Source: Dehalococcoidia bacterium (GTDB lineage: Bacteria > Chloroflexota > Dehalococcoidia > Bin125). From it: DNA of 64,000 bases. A model generated the notes under the pieces. That model did no database searches. It was not told the DNA's origin and saw only the letters and a program-made list of their open reading frames with translations. Made by a program: the position numbers and the translations under genes. The stretch lies in NCBI GenBank assembly GCA_963555985.3, contig OY820591.1, positions 448,001-512,000 of the forward strand. The letters run 5' to 3'. Of this stretch, positions 29,531 to 38,706 are shown piece after piece; position 1 is the first letter of the stretch, and each line of letters starts with the position of its first letter.

Positions 29531-30763
29531 CTAGTGCCGAAGCCCGCTAAACCCAGGACCCCGCCCCTTCTCCCAGACTTTCCCTCTCGCCAGCTCCTCG
29601 TTCAGATCAACGCCCCAGCCTGGCTTCGTCGGCAGCTCTAGGTGTCCGTCCACGATCTCGATCGCGCCGCCGGTCAGGTCGTCTTTCCAGGGCACGTCGT
29701 CGATGTCGATCTCCATGATTCGCACGTTCGGCACGGTCGCGCAGAGATGCAGCGATTGCATACTGCCGAGGTGTGAGTAGTAATTGTGCGGCGCGACGTT
29801 GAGCTCATAGCTCTCGGCCAGCAGCGCCACATCCCGCGAACGCGAGAACCCCTGCCAGCAGACGTCGATCATCACGTTGTCCATTGAGCGCTGCTCCAGG
29901 AACGGCATGTACTGGCGCACCGTGTAGAGGTTCTCGCCCGACGTGATCGGCACCGTCGTCGAACGCCGCACGTCGGCCAGCGCTTCCGCGTCGTACATGT
30001 CGATCTCGACCCACATCATCTCAAGATCTTCAAGCGTCTGACAGATCTGCCGAGCCGCCAGCGGCGTGCAGTTGAAATTGATGTCGAGCGCGATCTGCAC
30101 GTCCGGGCCCGCGCCCGCCTTGAGCGCGCCGATGTACTCGGGCACATGCCGCAGCACCGCCGGAGTGGTGTTGCTGTCGATGTTCTCCACCTCTTGCTGC
30201 AACCCAAAGGTGCGAGCAGGATCGCCCGGGAAGAGGACATTTGTCTTGAGCGCGTGGAAGCCCTTGCTGCGTACCTCTTCCCCCAGCGCGGTGACATCGT
30301 CCATTGTCCGGATCGGCGGCGCCCCGATCACCCAGTCGTCGCCGTTGTGCCACTTGATCTTGTCGTAGTTGCCGGCCCGCGAACTGCCGCAGTGCGACCA
30401 GTAGATCAACTGCCGCTCGCGGACAGGGCCGCCGAAGAGCGAGTAGACCGGCACGCCCAGCGCCTTGCCCTTGATGTCCCAGAGCGCCAGTTCGACCCCC
30501 GCGATCGCCTTCGCCACCACCCCGCCCGGCGACTGCCGCGCCATCCGATACATATCCCAATAGCGAGCCTCGACCGCGAGCGGGTCGCGGCCGATCAGGA
30601 TTGACTCCAGGTCGTTGATCGTTCCCACGATCCCGTACGGAGTGCGCCCGTCCGAGATCTCACCGTAGCCGGTGAGGCCGTCGGAGGTGCGTACCGCGAC
30701 GAACTGCCATGGCCGCCAGCCCGCGTCGACCACGAACGTCTCGATCTCTCGAATCTTCGTCAT
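29531..30763 (-). CDS. Mandelate racemase family enolase, tandem paralog of 28046-29278
   Basis: Same length (410 aa) and the same motifs, highly similar throughout. Confidence 0.9.
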   Translation of the reverse strand: MTKIREIETFVVDAGWRPWQFVAVRTSDGLTGYGEISDGRTPYGIVGTINDLESILIGRDPLAVEARYWDMYRMARQSPGGVVAKAIAGVELALWDIKGKALGVPVYSLFGGPVRERQLIYWSHCGSSRAGNYDKIKWHNGDDWVIGAPPIRTMDDVTALGEEVRSKGFHALKTNVLFPGDPARTFGLQQEVENIDSNTTPAVLRHVPEYIGALKAGAGPDVQIALDINFNCTPLAARQICQTLEDLEMMWVEIDMYDAEALADVRRSTTVPITSGENLYTVRQYMPFLEQRSMDNVMIDVCWQGFSRSRDVALLAESYELNVAPHNYYSHLGSMQSLHLCATVPNVRIMEIDIDDVPWKDDLTGGAIEIVDGHLELPTKPGWGVDLNEELARGKVWEKGRGPGFSGLRH

Positions 30764-30899
30764 TCACCTGTCTCCATTTCGGCGCCGGCCTGGAAGCGGC
30801 GGTTCCACCACCGCCCGCACCCCTGCGGAGGCGGCGCGCAAGCCGCTGATCGTCACCCGCGAGTCTAGGCTCGTGGCGGCTGCGGCCGCCGCGCTCACG

Positions 30900-31294
30900 C
30901 TAGGGCCTGTTCACACAACCACGAGCGCGGTCGGCCCGCACGCGCGCTGGTCTTGAGGCTGAGCCTCGGCGCTCCCTTCCCCGCCCTCCGCAACCGAGTC
31001 GAAACCGGGTATGCTCAGAACATATACACGCACGAATCCAATCGGAGACCGCTGTGTCCCACAAACGACTCGCTCCAAACCTGAACAGTGCTGGACATGC
31101 CCGGATTCTCCTGGAAAAAATCTGCCCGAATCGAGATCAATCCGGACAGATCTGGACAAATCTAGACAAATCTGGACAAATCCAGACCCGCGAACGCACG
31201 ATCCTCAGCGCTCACCAGGAGCTCCGCTCAATCCCTCCGAAATTCTCCCGCCAAACAGCGCCGATACACTTCGCGCAGTCTGAACACGCCCTAG
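30900..31294 (+). mobile_element. MITE-like element with IS5-like ends carrying a 10-bp periodic array (element A)
   Basis: CTAGGGCCTGTTCA (30900-13) and TGAACACGCCCTAG (31281-94) form an inverted repeat (13/14 match). No transposase inside. Confidence 0.6.
31141..31187 (+). repeat. 10-bp periodic tandem array (TCTGGACAAA-like)
   Basis: tccggacaga tctggacaaa tctagacaaa tctggacaaa tccagac, with degenerate units extending upstream to about 31080. Confidence 0.85.
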
Positions 31295-31324
31295 CATTCG
31301 CCGCCCGACCACGAGGAGATGCCC

Positions 31325-32722
31325 ATGCCTGATGCACTCTGGAAATGCACCGCCGTCGAGTTGGCCGCGCTGATTCGCGACCGTGAGGTCTCCAGCCGTG
31401 AGGTGATCGAGGCCCACCTCGACCGCATCGCCGAGGTCAACGGCCAAGTGAACGCGGTCACACTCGTGCTCGCAGAAACCGCGCTGGCCGGGGCCGACGC
31501 CGCCGACCGCAGCGAGAGCTCGGGTCCATTGCACGGCGTCCCGTTCACGATCAAGGAGAACATCGACTGCGTCGGCTCGCCCACCACCTCGGGGATTCCG
31601 GCCCTCGCCGACGCCCTGCCGCCGAGCGATGCGCCCGTCGTCGAACGGATGAAGCGCGCCGGCGCAATCCCGCTCGCACGCACCAACCTGCCCGAGATGG
31701 GTGGTCGCCTCGATACCGATAACCCACTCCGCGGCCGCACATTCAATCCCTGGAACCCCGCGCTGACTCCCGGCGGCTCGAGTGGCGGCGAGGCCGCAGC
31801 GCTGGCCACCGGCATGTCGCCGATCGGGCTCGGCAACGACATTCTCGGCTCGCTGCGCAACCCCGCCTACTGCTGCGGCATCACCTCGCTCAAGCCCTCG
31901 GCGGGACGCATCCCCTGCGTGCTCTCGATGGGCGTCGACGCCGGGATGGCCGTGCAGGCGATGCTGGTCGAAGGCCCGATGGCGCGATCCGTCGCCGACC
32001 TGCGCCTCGGCCTCTCCGTGCTCGCCGGCCGCGACGTTCGCGACCCGCGCTCCGTCGATGCCCCGCTCGAAGGCCCCGAACCGGCGGCGCGACAGGCGGC
32101 GCTGGTCACCGCGATCCCCGGCTTCGATCTCCCCGCCGTGACGGTCGCCGAGATCCGCCGTGCCGGAGAGGTGCTCGCCGACGACGGCTGGAGCGTGGAA
32201 GAGGTCGAGCCACCCGAGCTGGACCGAGTCAATGAGATCTGGGCCTATGTCATCGTCGCCGACCAGGACGAGCAATCGCTCCAGGAGCAGGAGGCGCTGA
32301 TCACACCGCAGCTCGCCGCCCTCCATCGACAGATCGGCGAGCGCATCGCCTCTGCGCCGTTGTCCAACTCCGTCGTACACGCGGAGCGTTCGCGACTGAG
32401 CCGCGTGTGGTCTGATTTCTTCGGCGCGTACCCCGTCGTCATCGGGCCTACCTGGACTTGCTTGCCGTGGCCGATCGACTCGGATCTGGATCCCGAAACC
32501 GGGATCGACACGACGCTCGGCACCGCGCATTTCATCAGCCCGGCCAACGTGCTTGGCCTGCCCGCCGTCGCGCTGGCCACCGGCGTCGCCGACGGTCTCC
32601 CAACCGGCGTCCAGGTCTACGCCGACCGCTGGCGCGAAGACCTCTGCCTCGCCGCCGCCGAACAGATCGAAGCGGCAAGCCCGATGCCGACACCGATCGA
32701 CCCCGTACCGCCGGGCGACTGA
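31325..32722 (+). CDS. Amidase-signature family amidase
   Basis: GPLHGVPFTIKENID, PGGSSGG and GNDILGSLRNPA (Ser-cisSer-Lys triad). GAGGAG RBS favours ATG 31325. Confidence 0.92.
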   Translation: MPDALWKCTAVELAALIRDREVSSREVIEAHLDRIAEVNGQVNAVTLVLAETALAGADAADRSESSGPLHGVPFTIKENIDCVGSPTTSGIPALADALPPSDAPVVERMKRAGAIPLARTNLPEMGGRLDTDNPLRGRTFNPWNPALTPGGSSGGEAAALATGMSPIGLGNDILGSLRNPAYCCGITSLKPSAGRIPCVLSMGVDAGMAVQAMLVEGPMARSVADLRLGLSVLAGRDVRDPRSVDAPLEGPEPAARQAALVTAIPGFDLPAVTVAEIRRAGEVLADDGWSVEEVEPPELDRVNEIWAYVIVADQDEQSLQEQEALITPQLAALHRQIGERIASAPLSNSVVHAERSRLSRVWSDFFGAYPVVIGPTWTCLPWPIDSDLDPETGIDTTLGTAHFISPANVLGLPAVALATGVADGLPTGVQVYADRWREDLCLAAAEQIEAASPMPTPIDPVPPGD

Positions 32723-32807
32723 CGGGCCAGGCGGTCCATGTCCCCATAGCGGGCCACGGCCGCCAGCCCGCGTCGACGACGAACGTCTCGATGTCAGTGA
32801 TCTTCAT
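32707..32807 (-). pseudogene. Remnant of a third KxN-type enolase paralog
   Basis: MKITDIETFVVDAGWRPW is joined out of frame to RYGDMDRLARQSPGG. Both pieces match the enolases at 28046 and 29531. Confidence 0.85.
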
Positions 32808-32888
32808 GGTCTGATCCAACCCGCCCGTGCGTCAGCCGCAGGCCAGTCCCACGTGCTCAGTTGCTAGATTTGGCACGGAGGCTGTGTT

Positions 32889-35384
32889 GTGAACGATCAA
32901 GCGGAGTTGCTCTCCCCCTACCGCGTCCTCGATCTGACCGACGAGCGCGGCCAGTTCGCGGGCAAGTTGCTGGCCGACCTCGGCGCCGACGTGATCAAGG
33001 TCGAGCCGCCCGGCGGCGATCCCGTGCGGCATCGCGGTCCGTTCGTCGATCACGAACCGGGTCCGGATCGGAGCCTGCGCTGGCTGGCCTGGAACACGAA
33101 TAAGCGCAGCGTTGCGCTCGACCTCCACGACGCTGCCGGCCGCGACCGGTTCCTGCGGCTGGTCGAATCGGCTGATTTTGTCCTGGAGTCGTTCGCGCCT
33201 GGATATCTCGATCAGCTCGGTCTCGGTTACGAAAGACTTGCGCAGGCCAACCCGGGACTCATCCTGGTCTCGATCTCGCCGTTCGGTCAGAGCGGACCGT
33301 ACCGCGACTACCAGGCCACCGACATCGTCTTCTGGGCGATGAGCGGCAACATGTCGATCATGGGTGAGTCGTCGAGACCTCCCGCGCACATCAGCGACGA
33401 TTGCCAGTCCTTCCTCCATGCCGGGGGCGACGCGGTGATCGGCGCGTTGATCGCGTTGACCCAACGACATCGAACCGGGCGCGGGCAGCATGTTGATCTC
33501 TCGATCCAGGAAGCCACGTCCAGAGGCCTCTATCAGGTCACCGGTAGCTGGGATATGACTGGCCGCAATCTCTCACGTGAACTTCGCCCGAATGTCGGTG
33601 GAGCCGAACTGCCGTGGACATGGCGGTGCCGCGACGGCTACGTGGTCTGGATCTGCGCCGTCGGACCGAGCGCCAGTCGGCGACTGAGCGGGTTCTTCGC
33701 CTGGCTCGACGAGATCGGCGAGGGACGCGAGCTGAAGTCGATCGACTGGGAGCATCTACCGCTCCAGGAGATGACGGCGGATGACTGGGAACCCCTGGGT
33801 CGATTGTTTGCCGACCTGTTTATCAATCGAACCAAGCACGAGCTGTACGAAGCGGCGACGCGGCACGACTTCTTGCTCTACCCATCCGCGACATCGGCCG
33901 ACACGCTCGCCAACGAGCAATTGCAGGCCCGCGGTTTCTGGCGCGACGTGGAGCACCTTGAACTGGGTCGCAGCATTCGCTTTCCCGGCGCGATTGCCAA
34001 AGGTGATCGCACGATCCCGTCGCAGACTCGTGCGGCTCCGACGATCGGTGAGCACAACGGCGTAGTCCTGGGCAGGCTTGGCAAGACGACCGATCCGAGT
34101 GATGCGGCGGTCTCGGAGGCACCGGGGAGCGAGATTCCAGGTCAAGCCTGGAATGACGGGGTTGCGCCTGTCTTGGCCAGCACAGCGCCGCTGGCGGGGA
34201 TCAAGATCGCCGACTTCGGCTGGTTCATGGTCGGACCGTTGACGATCAAGCCGTTTTCCGACTTTGGCGCCGACGTGATTCGCGTGGAGAGCACTGCTCG
34301 GCTCGACGCGCTGCGTCTGGTCGGACCATTCAAGGATGACGTGCCGGATCCCGAGTGCAGCGGCGAGTTCGCACAGGTGCGCACCGGCGCTCGCGCGCTC
34401 AACATCGACCTCGGGACCGAGCAAGGCATGGCGATCGCCCGGCGACTGGTCAAATGGGCCGATGTCGTCTTCAACAATTTCTCGGCCGGCGCGATGGATC
34501 GGATGGGCCTGGGGCATGAGGCGGTGCGTGAACTGAACCCGGACGTGATCGTGCTCAGTTGCAGTGGACAGGGGCAGGACGGCCCGCACGCTCAGGGGAA
34601 GGGCGGCGGCGGACACTACGCCGCGCTCGCCGGATTCAATGAACTGACCGGTTGGCCCGAGGGCGAGCCCGGATACCTCAGCGCCTATACCGACTTCATC
34701 GCGCCGCGCTTCAACGTCCCGCTGTTGCTGGCCGCGCTCGATCACCGCCGCCGCACCGGCCAGGGTCAGTACTTCGACGTTTCGCAATACGAGGCGGGCG
34801 TTCACTGGCTCGCGCCGTCACTGCTTGATTACACCGTCAACGGCCGCGTCGCCGAACGACTGGGCAACCGCCAGCCCGACGCTGCGCCGCATGGAGCTTA
34901 TCGCTGCGCGGGCGAGCGCTGGTGCGTCATCGCAGTCACCAGCGACGCCGAGTGGCAATCGCTATGCGCCGGAATGCAAGCGCCCGATCTTGCTGCAGAC
35001 CCGCGTTTCACCACCATCCAGGATCGCAAGGCGAACGAGGATGAGCTGGATCGGATCGTGGAAGTGTGGACGAAGCAGCGAGACGCGCGCGAGGTCATGA
35101 CGCTGCTGCAAGGCTGCGGTGTGCCCGCAGGTGTCGTCCAGACCGGCGAAGACGTCTTGGAACACGACCCGCAACTCCGCCATCGCAACTTCTATCAGCG
35201 CCTCGAGCATCCGGCGCTCGGCAGCTACCGCGCGCCCCAATCGTCATTTCGGCTGTCCGACGCTCCCTGCGAGTTGCAGCGCGCCCGCCTGATCGGCGAG
35301 GACACCTATGCGGTGCTGAGTGCGACGCTCGGCTACTCCGACGAGGAGATCGAGCGGTTCGCTCTCGCGGGGGCGTTGCAGTAG
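32889..35384 (+). CDS. Fused two-domain family III (CaiB/BaiF) CoA transferase
   Basis: Two repeats: RVLDL..LADLGADVIKVEPPGGD..NKRS and PLAGIKIADF..FGADVIRVES. Candidate catalytic Asp in SAYTDF of the second domain. Confidence 0.9.
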   Translation: MNDQAELLSPYRVLDLTDERGQFAGKLLADLGADVIKVEPPGGDPVRHRGPFVDHEPGPDRSLRWLAWNTNKRSVALDLHDAAGRDRFLRLVESADFVLESFAPGYLDQLGLGYERLAQANPGLILVSISPFGQSGPYRDYQATDIVFWAMSGNMSIMGESSRPPAHISDDCQSFLHAGGDAVIGALIALTQRHRTGRGQHVDLSIQEATSRGLYQVTGSWDMTGRNLSRELRPNVGGAELPWTWRCRDGYVVWICAVGPSASRRLSGFFAWLDEIGEGRELKSIDWEHLPLQEMTADDWEPLGRLFADLFINRTKHELYEAATRHDFLLYPSATSADTLANEQLQARGFWRDVEHLELGRSIRFPGAIAKGDRTIPSQTRAAPTIGEHNGVVLGRLGKTTDPSDAAVSEAPGSEIPGQAWNDGVAPVLASTAPLAGIKIADFGWFMVGPLTIKPFSDFGADVIRVESTARLDALRLVGPFKDDVPDPECSGEFAQVRTGARALNIDLGTEQGMAIARRLVKWADVVFNNFSAGAMDRMGLGHEAVRELNPDVIVLSCSGQGQDGPHAQGKGGGGHYAALAGFNELTGWPEGEPGYLSAYTDFIAPRFNVPLLLAALDHRRRTGQGQYFDVSQYEAGVHWLAPSLLDYTVNGRVAERLGNRQPDAAPHGAYRCAGERWCVIAVTSDAEWQSLCAGMQAPDLAADPRFTTIQDRKANEDELDRIVEVWTKQRDAREVMTLLQGCGVPAGVVQTGEDVLEHDPQLRHRNFYQRLEHPALGSYRAPQSSFRLSDAPCELQRARLIGEDTYAVLSATLGYSDEEIERFALAGALQ
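34130..34159 (+). repeat. Palindromic REP-like unit in frame within the CoA-transferase linker
   Basis: CGAGATTCCAGGTCAAGCCTGGAATGACGG is identical to intergenic 29434-29463. Confidence 0.85.
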
Positions 35385-35499
35385 TCGTGACACGCCTCCG
35401 GCCCGATGCCGGTCGCAGGCCACTGCCGTTAGAAGTCCGAGTGAACGTGGCGAGAGAGTAGTTGCACGTATCTGCGACGCGATTGATGGAGGAGCGGCC

Positions 35500-36912
35500 A
35501 TGAACCGCGAACCAGGTGACGGCGGACTGCTTGGGCTTGCTGAGCGAGGGTTCCGCCCTGGGAGCGCGATCCCACTCAAGGAAGTGTCGGCGATCGCGGC
35601 TGAAGTGCGGCAGCTGATCTCGCTTGGCCGGGAGGAGCAGGCGATCGAGCTGATGCGCAGCCTGCATCCGGCCGACATGGGCTTGATCATCGCCGGTCTG
35701 CCGCGTGCCGGACGTGAGGCCGTGTTAGGCATCATGTCACCGGACACGGTGGTCTGGATGCTGCGCCAGATGAACCCGGTCGAGGCCGGGCGCGTGGGGA
35801 CCCGCCTTGGTGTTCAGGCCCTCTCCTTCGTACTCGACCAGGTGCATCCGCAGACCGCGCTGGCCACCCTGCGGCGCTTGCCCCTGTACCGCGCCCAGAC
35901 GGTGGCGGAAACACTGGACGCGCCGCTCGCCGACGATGAACTGCTGACCCAGGAAGCGGATACCGCTGGCGCATTGATGGTGGTTGAGTTCCCGGCAGTG
36001 TCCGTTGATGGTACCGCCGGTGACGCGCGCGCCAGCGTTCGTGAGGTCGGGGTCGATCGCTTCGAGTTCACCTACGTCTATGTCCTCGATCAGGCTGGGG
36101 AGTTGGTCGGCCAGATTCCGATGCCGGAATTGGCGATCGCCGATGACGACACTGCGGTCGAATCAATCGCGCATCCAATTGTGGCTTCAGTTACCACGGA
36201 TATCGATGCGGCGGAGTGTGCCCGGCTGCGCCGGCATTACAACCTGACCCAGTTGCCGGTCGTCGAGGAGGGCCGGCTGATCGGGGCGATCCTGCCGGAG
36301 TCGTTGCTGGGCGCACTGGTCGAGCAGGACACGCGGCAGATGCTGCAAGTCGCCAACGTCGCCGGCGAGGCCGCCGACGGACCGCTGGCCGGATCGATCC
36401 GCACCCGCCTGCCCTGGTTGACGGTCAACCTGGCGACGACCTTCCTCGCCGCCGCCGTCATCTCCGTCTTTGAGTCGACCCTGGCTCAGGTCGTGGTGCT
36501 GGCGGCGTTCTTACCTGTGGTCGCGGGTCAGGGAGGGATCGGCGGGACGCAGACCTTGACGCTGATTGTCCGCGCGATTGCGCTCGGGCAACTGGTCGGG
36601 ATTACCGCGCGGCGCTTGCTGGTGCGCGAAGCCTTGCTCGGCCTCTTCCACGGGGTCTGGCTGGGCTTGCTCGTCGCCGTGATCGCGCTGCTCTGGCAGC
36701 AGAATCTTGGGTTGGCGCTGGTGCTCGGCCTGGCGATGCTGGGCAACATGATCATCGCCGGTTCGGTTGGCGCCGCGATCCCACTGATCCTGCGCCGGAT
36801 CGGGGTCGATCCGGCGGTCGCGTCGGCCGTGATCGTCACGACCTTCACCGACGTGTTTGGGTTCCTGTTGTTCCTGGGCATCGCGCGGGCAGCGATCGAC
36901 CTGCTCGTGTAG
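35500..36912 (+). CDS. mgtE: Magnesium transporter MgtE
   Basis: N-domain LHPAD, a CBS pair (TAGALM, LPVVEEGRLIG), TM motifs RLPWL, GQGGIGGTQ and DPAVASAVIVTTFTD. GGAGGAG RBS before ATG 35500. Confidence 0.9.
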   Translation: MNREPGDGGLLGLAERGFRPGSAIPLKEVSAIAAEVRQLISLGREEQAIELMRSLHPADMGLIIAGLPRAGREAVLGIMSPDTVVWMLRQMNPVEAGRVGTRLGVQALSFVLDQVHPQTALATLRRLPLYRAQTVAETLDAPLADDELLTQEADTAGALMVVEFPAVSVDGTAGDARASVREVGVDRFEFTYVYVLDQAGELVGQIPMPELAIADDDTAVESIAHPIVASVTTDIDAAECARLRRHYNLTQLPVVEEGRLIGAILPESLLGALVEQDTRQMLQVANVAGEAADGPLAGSIRTRLPWLTVNLATTFLAAAVISVFESTLAQVVVLAAFLPVVAGQGGIGGTQTLTLIVRAIALGQLVGITARRLLVREALLGLFHGVWLGLLVAVIALLWQQNLGLALVLGLAMLGNMIIAGSVGAAIPLILRRIGVDPAVASAVIVTTFTDVFGFLLFLGIARAAIDLLV

Positions 36913-36995
36913 CGAAGTCTCAGGCCCCACCGCTACCGGGTCGTCGCTCAGTTGATAGCTTCTGCCCTGACAGCCATCCCCAGAAAGACGACGCC

Positions 36996-38168
36996 ATGAA
37001 GATCACCAAGATCAGCGCCATCCCTGCCTCGCCGGGGACTACTGCCCACCCGATGTTCAACTTCCCGCCCTGGAACTTTGTCTTCGTCAAGGTCGAAACC
37101 GACGAGGGCATTGTCGGCTGGGGGGACGCGACCTGCGGGCCGATGGCGGTGGCCTCGTTGGTCGAGGAGTACGGCGGCATGATCGTCGGCGAGGATCCGT
37201 TTCGGATCGAAGAGCTGTGGCAGACGATCCACCACCGTTATTTCACGCGCGGCGGGCCGATCCAGAACAGCGCCCAGGCCGGGATCGAGATGGCGCTCTA
37301 CGACATTAAGGGCAAGGCCCTGGGCGTGCCGGTCTACGAGCTGCTGGGCGGCAAGATGCGCGACCAGATCTGGTGCTACGGCCGTTGGGACGGCCCCTCG
37401 CCGGAGAGCGCGGCGGAATTCGCGCTCAGCCAGCTCGCGCTGGGATTCACGGCGCTCAAGGGCGACCCGTTCGATCACCGGGGCCTGTTCATTTCGTACG
37501 AGGCCGAGAAGAAGGCGATTGACACCCTCGCCGCGGTGCGCGACGCGGTTGGCTTCGAGGTCGAATTGCTGGTTGAGGTGCATGGTCGCCTGACTCCGGC
37601 TGAGGCGATCCGGATCGGTAACGCGATGGAGGAATACCGGCCCTTCGTTTATGAGGAGCCGGTGCCGTTCGAGAACATCGACGCGATGGAGCAGGTGGCC
37701 CGCCACACCAACATCCCGATCGCTACCGGAGAGCGGATCTACAGTCCCTTCACCTACTTCGATCTGCTCCAGCGGCAGATCGTGGCGATGATCCAGCCCG
37801 ACATGATCCAGACCGGCGGGATCGGCCAGATGAAGCGGATCGCGGCGCTGGCTGAGGCGCAGTACGTCGGTGTTCAGCCGCACGCGATTCACGGACCGAT
37901 GGAAGTGCTCGCTGCGCTGCACGTTGACGCCTCGATCCCGAACTTCAAGATCCATGAGGGCGGCTCGCGCGCGTGGTTCCAGGATGCCTGCATCGGCGAG
38001 TTCCCGGCCCAGGTGGACGGCTACCTGTCGGTGCCCGAAGCGCCGGGCCTGGGGGTCTCGATCGACGAGGACTGGCTCGCCGCCCATCCGCCGCATCCCG
38101 AACCGGGCTGGGCGCCGGCGTTGGGGACGCTGCCGTCGAAGCAATTCAGCAAGGTCGCTTCGCCGTAG
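36996..38168 (+). CDS. Mandelate racemase family enolase (D-galactonate dehydratase-like, KxD)
   Basis: VKVETDEGIVGWGD, LKGDP, EVHGR, YEEP, TGER, QPD, PH, PGLG. Confidence 0.88.
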   Translation: MKITKISAIPASPGTTAHPMFNFPPWNFVFVKVETDEGIVGWGDATCGPMAVASLVEEYGGMIVGEDPFRIEELWQTIHHRYFTRGGPIQNSAQAGIEMALYDIKGKALGVPVYELLGGKMRDQIWCYGRWDGPSPESAAEFALSQLALGFTALKGDPFDHRGLFISYEAEKKAIDTLAAVRDAVGFEVELLVEVHGRLTPAEAIRIGNAMEEYRPFVYEEPVPFENIDAMEQVARHTNIPIATGERIYSPFTYFDLLQRQIVAMIQPDMIQTGGIGQMKRIAALAEAQYVGVQPHAIHGPMEVLAALHVDASIPNFKIHEGGSRAWFQDACIGEFPAQVDGYLSVPEAPGLGVSIDEDWLAAHPPHPEPGWAPALGTLPSKQFSKVASP

Positions 38169-38260
38169 GGCCTGATCCGGCGCGAGGGCGGGGAATTGCT
38201 GGGCAGCTGACGCGAATTGTCAGCCGTGGATGGGGAATTGTGCGCGAAGGCGGCGCGATC

Positions 38261-38320
38261 CTGTTTCAGCTTGTTTCATTCTGTTTCATTTTGTTTCAGT
38301 GTGTTTCATCTCGTTTCGGT
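38261..38320. repeat. 10-bp periodic tandem array (nTGTTTCAnn x6; element B)
   Basis: ctgtttcagc ttgtttcatt ctgtttcatt ttgtttcagt gtgtttcatc tcgtttcggt. Confidence 0.9.
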
Positions 38321-38463
38321 GGTGTCGGCTCTGTATGGCTCTGTCCGGGTGGTGTTGCGCCGTGTTGGGGATTCGAGTTCGAGCGCGCCGGGGAGTGTGC
38401 AGGCCAGGCTGGGTGGTCGTGCCGGGCCCCGCCGAGCGGCTGGAGCCGGGTCGCACGGAGGTC

Positions 38464-38492
38464 AGTATATACGTACAGGCGTACGATGGCAG
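38464..38492 (-). promoter_or_regulatory. Putative promoter with a LexA-like palindrome in its spacer
   Basis: Minus strand CTGCCA-N17-TATACT. Palindrome CGTAC-AGGC-GTACG at 38472-85. Confidence 0.5.
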
Positions 38493-38619
38493 GTGCGGGG
38501 TGGTGCGAGTGTTGCAGTGGCGACAGTCGGCTTGGCCGACGGATGGCTGCGCCGCCGATGTGCGCAGTCCCGAGCGAGCCTGCCCCGGCTTGAGCGCAGG
38601 GATGAGGTAGCCAGGCCGC

Positions 38620-38648
38620 TTGACAAGCAAAATTGAGCGCACTACGTT
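38620..38648 (+). promoter_or_regulatory. Putative sigma70 promoter of SBP operon
   Basis: TTGACA-N17-TACGTT. Confidence 0.6.
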
Positions 38649-38706
38649 CGCGCAGATCGCCGATAGATGCAAATACTGACCAGGCGATTTTCGAGGAGAC
38701 GTCCCA

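Noticed and set aside
35385-35499. M-box (ykoK) riboswitch upstream of mgtE; also GTGAGGCTCC at about 27425
   Set aside because: The spacer is short and lacks the conserved core. The 27425 match is only a short word on the wrong strand for the adjacent gene.
36530-36555. MgtE GGIGGTQ instead of the usual GGNxGxQ as altered ion selectivity
   Set aside because: The key Asp (TTFTD) is retained, and a single substitution is not enough evidence without an alignment.
38600-38620. Second terminal repeat for element B (CCAGGCCGCT)
   Set aside because: The match to the expected CAGGCCCTA is too weak. Only one end is supported for elements B and C.
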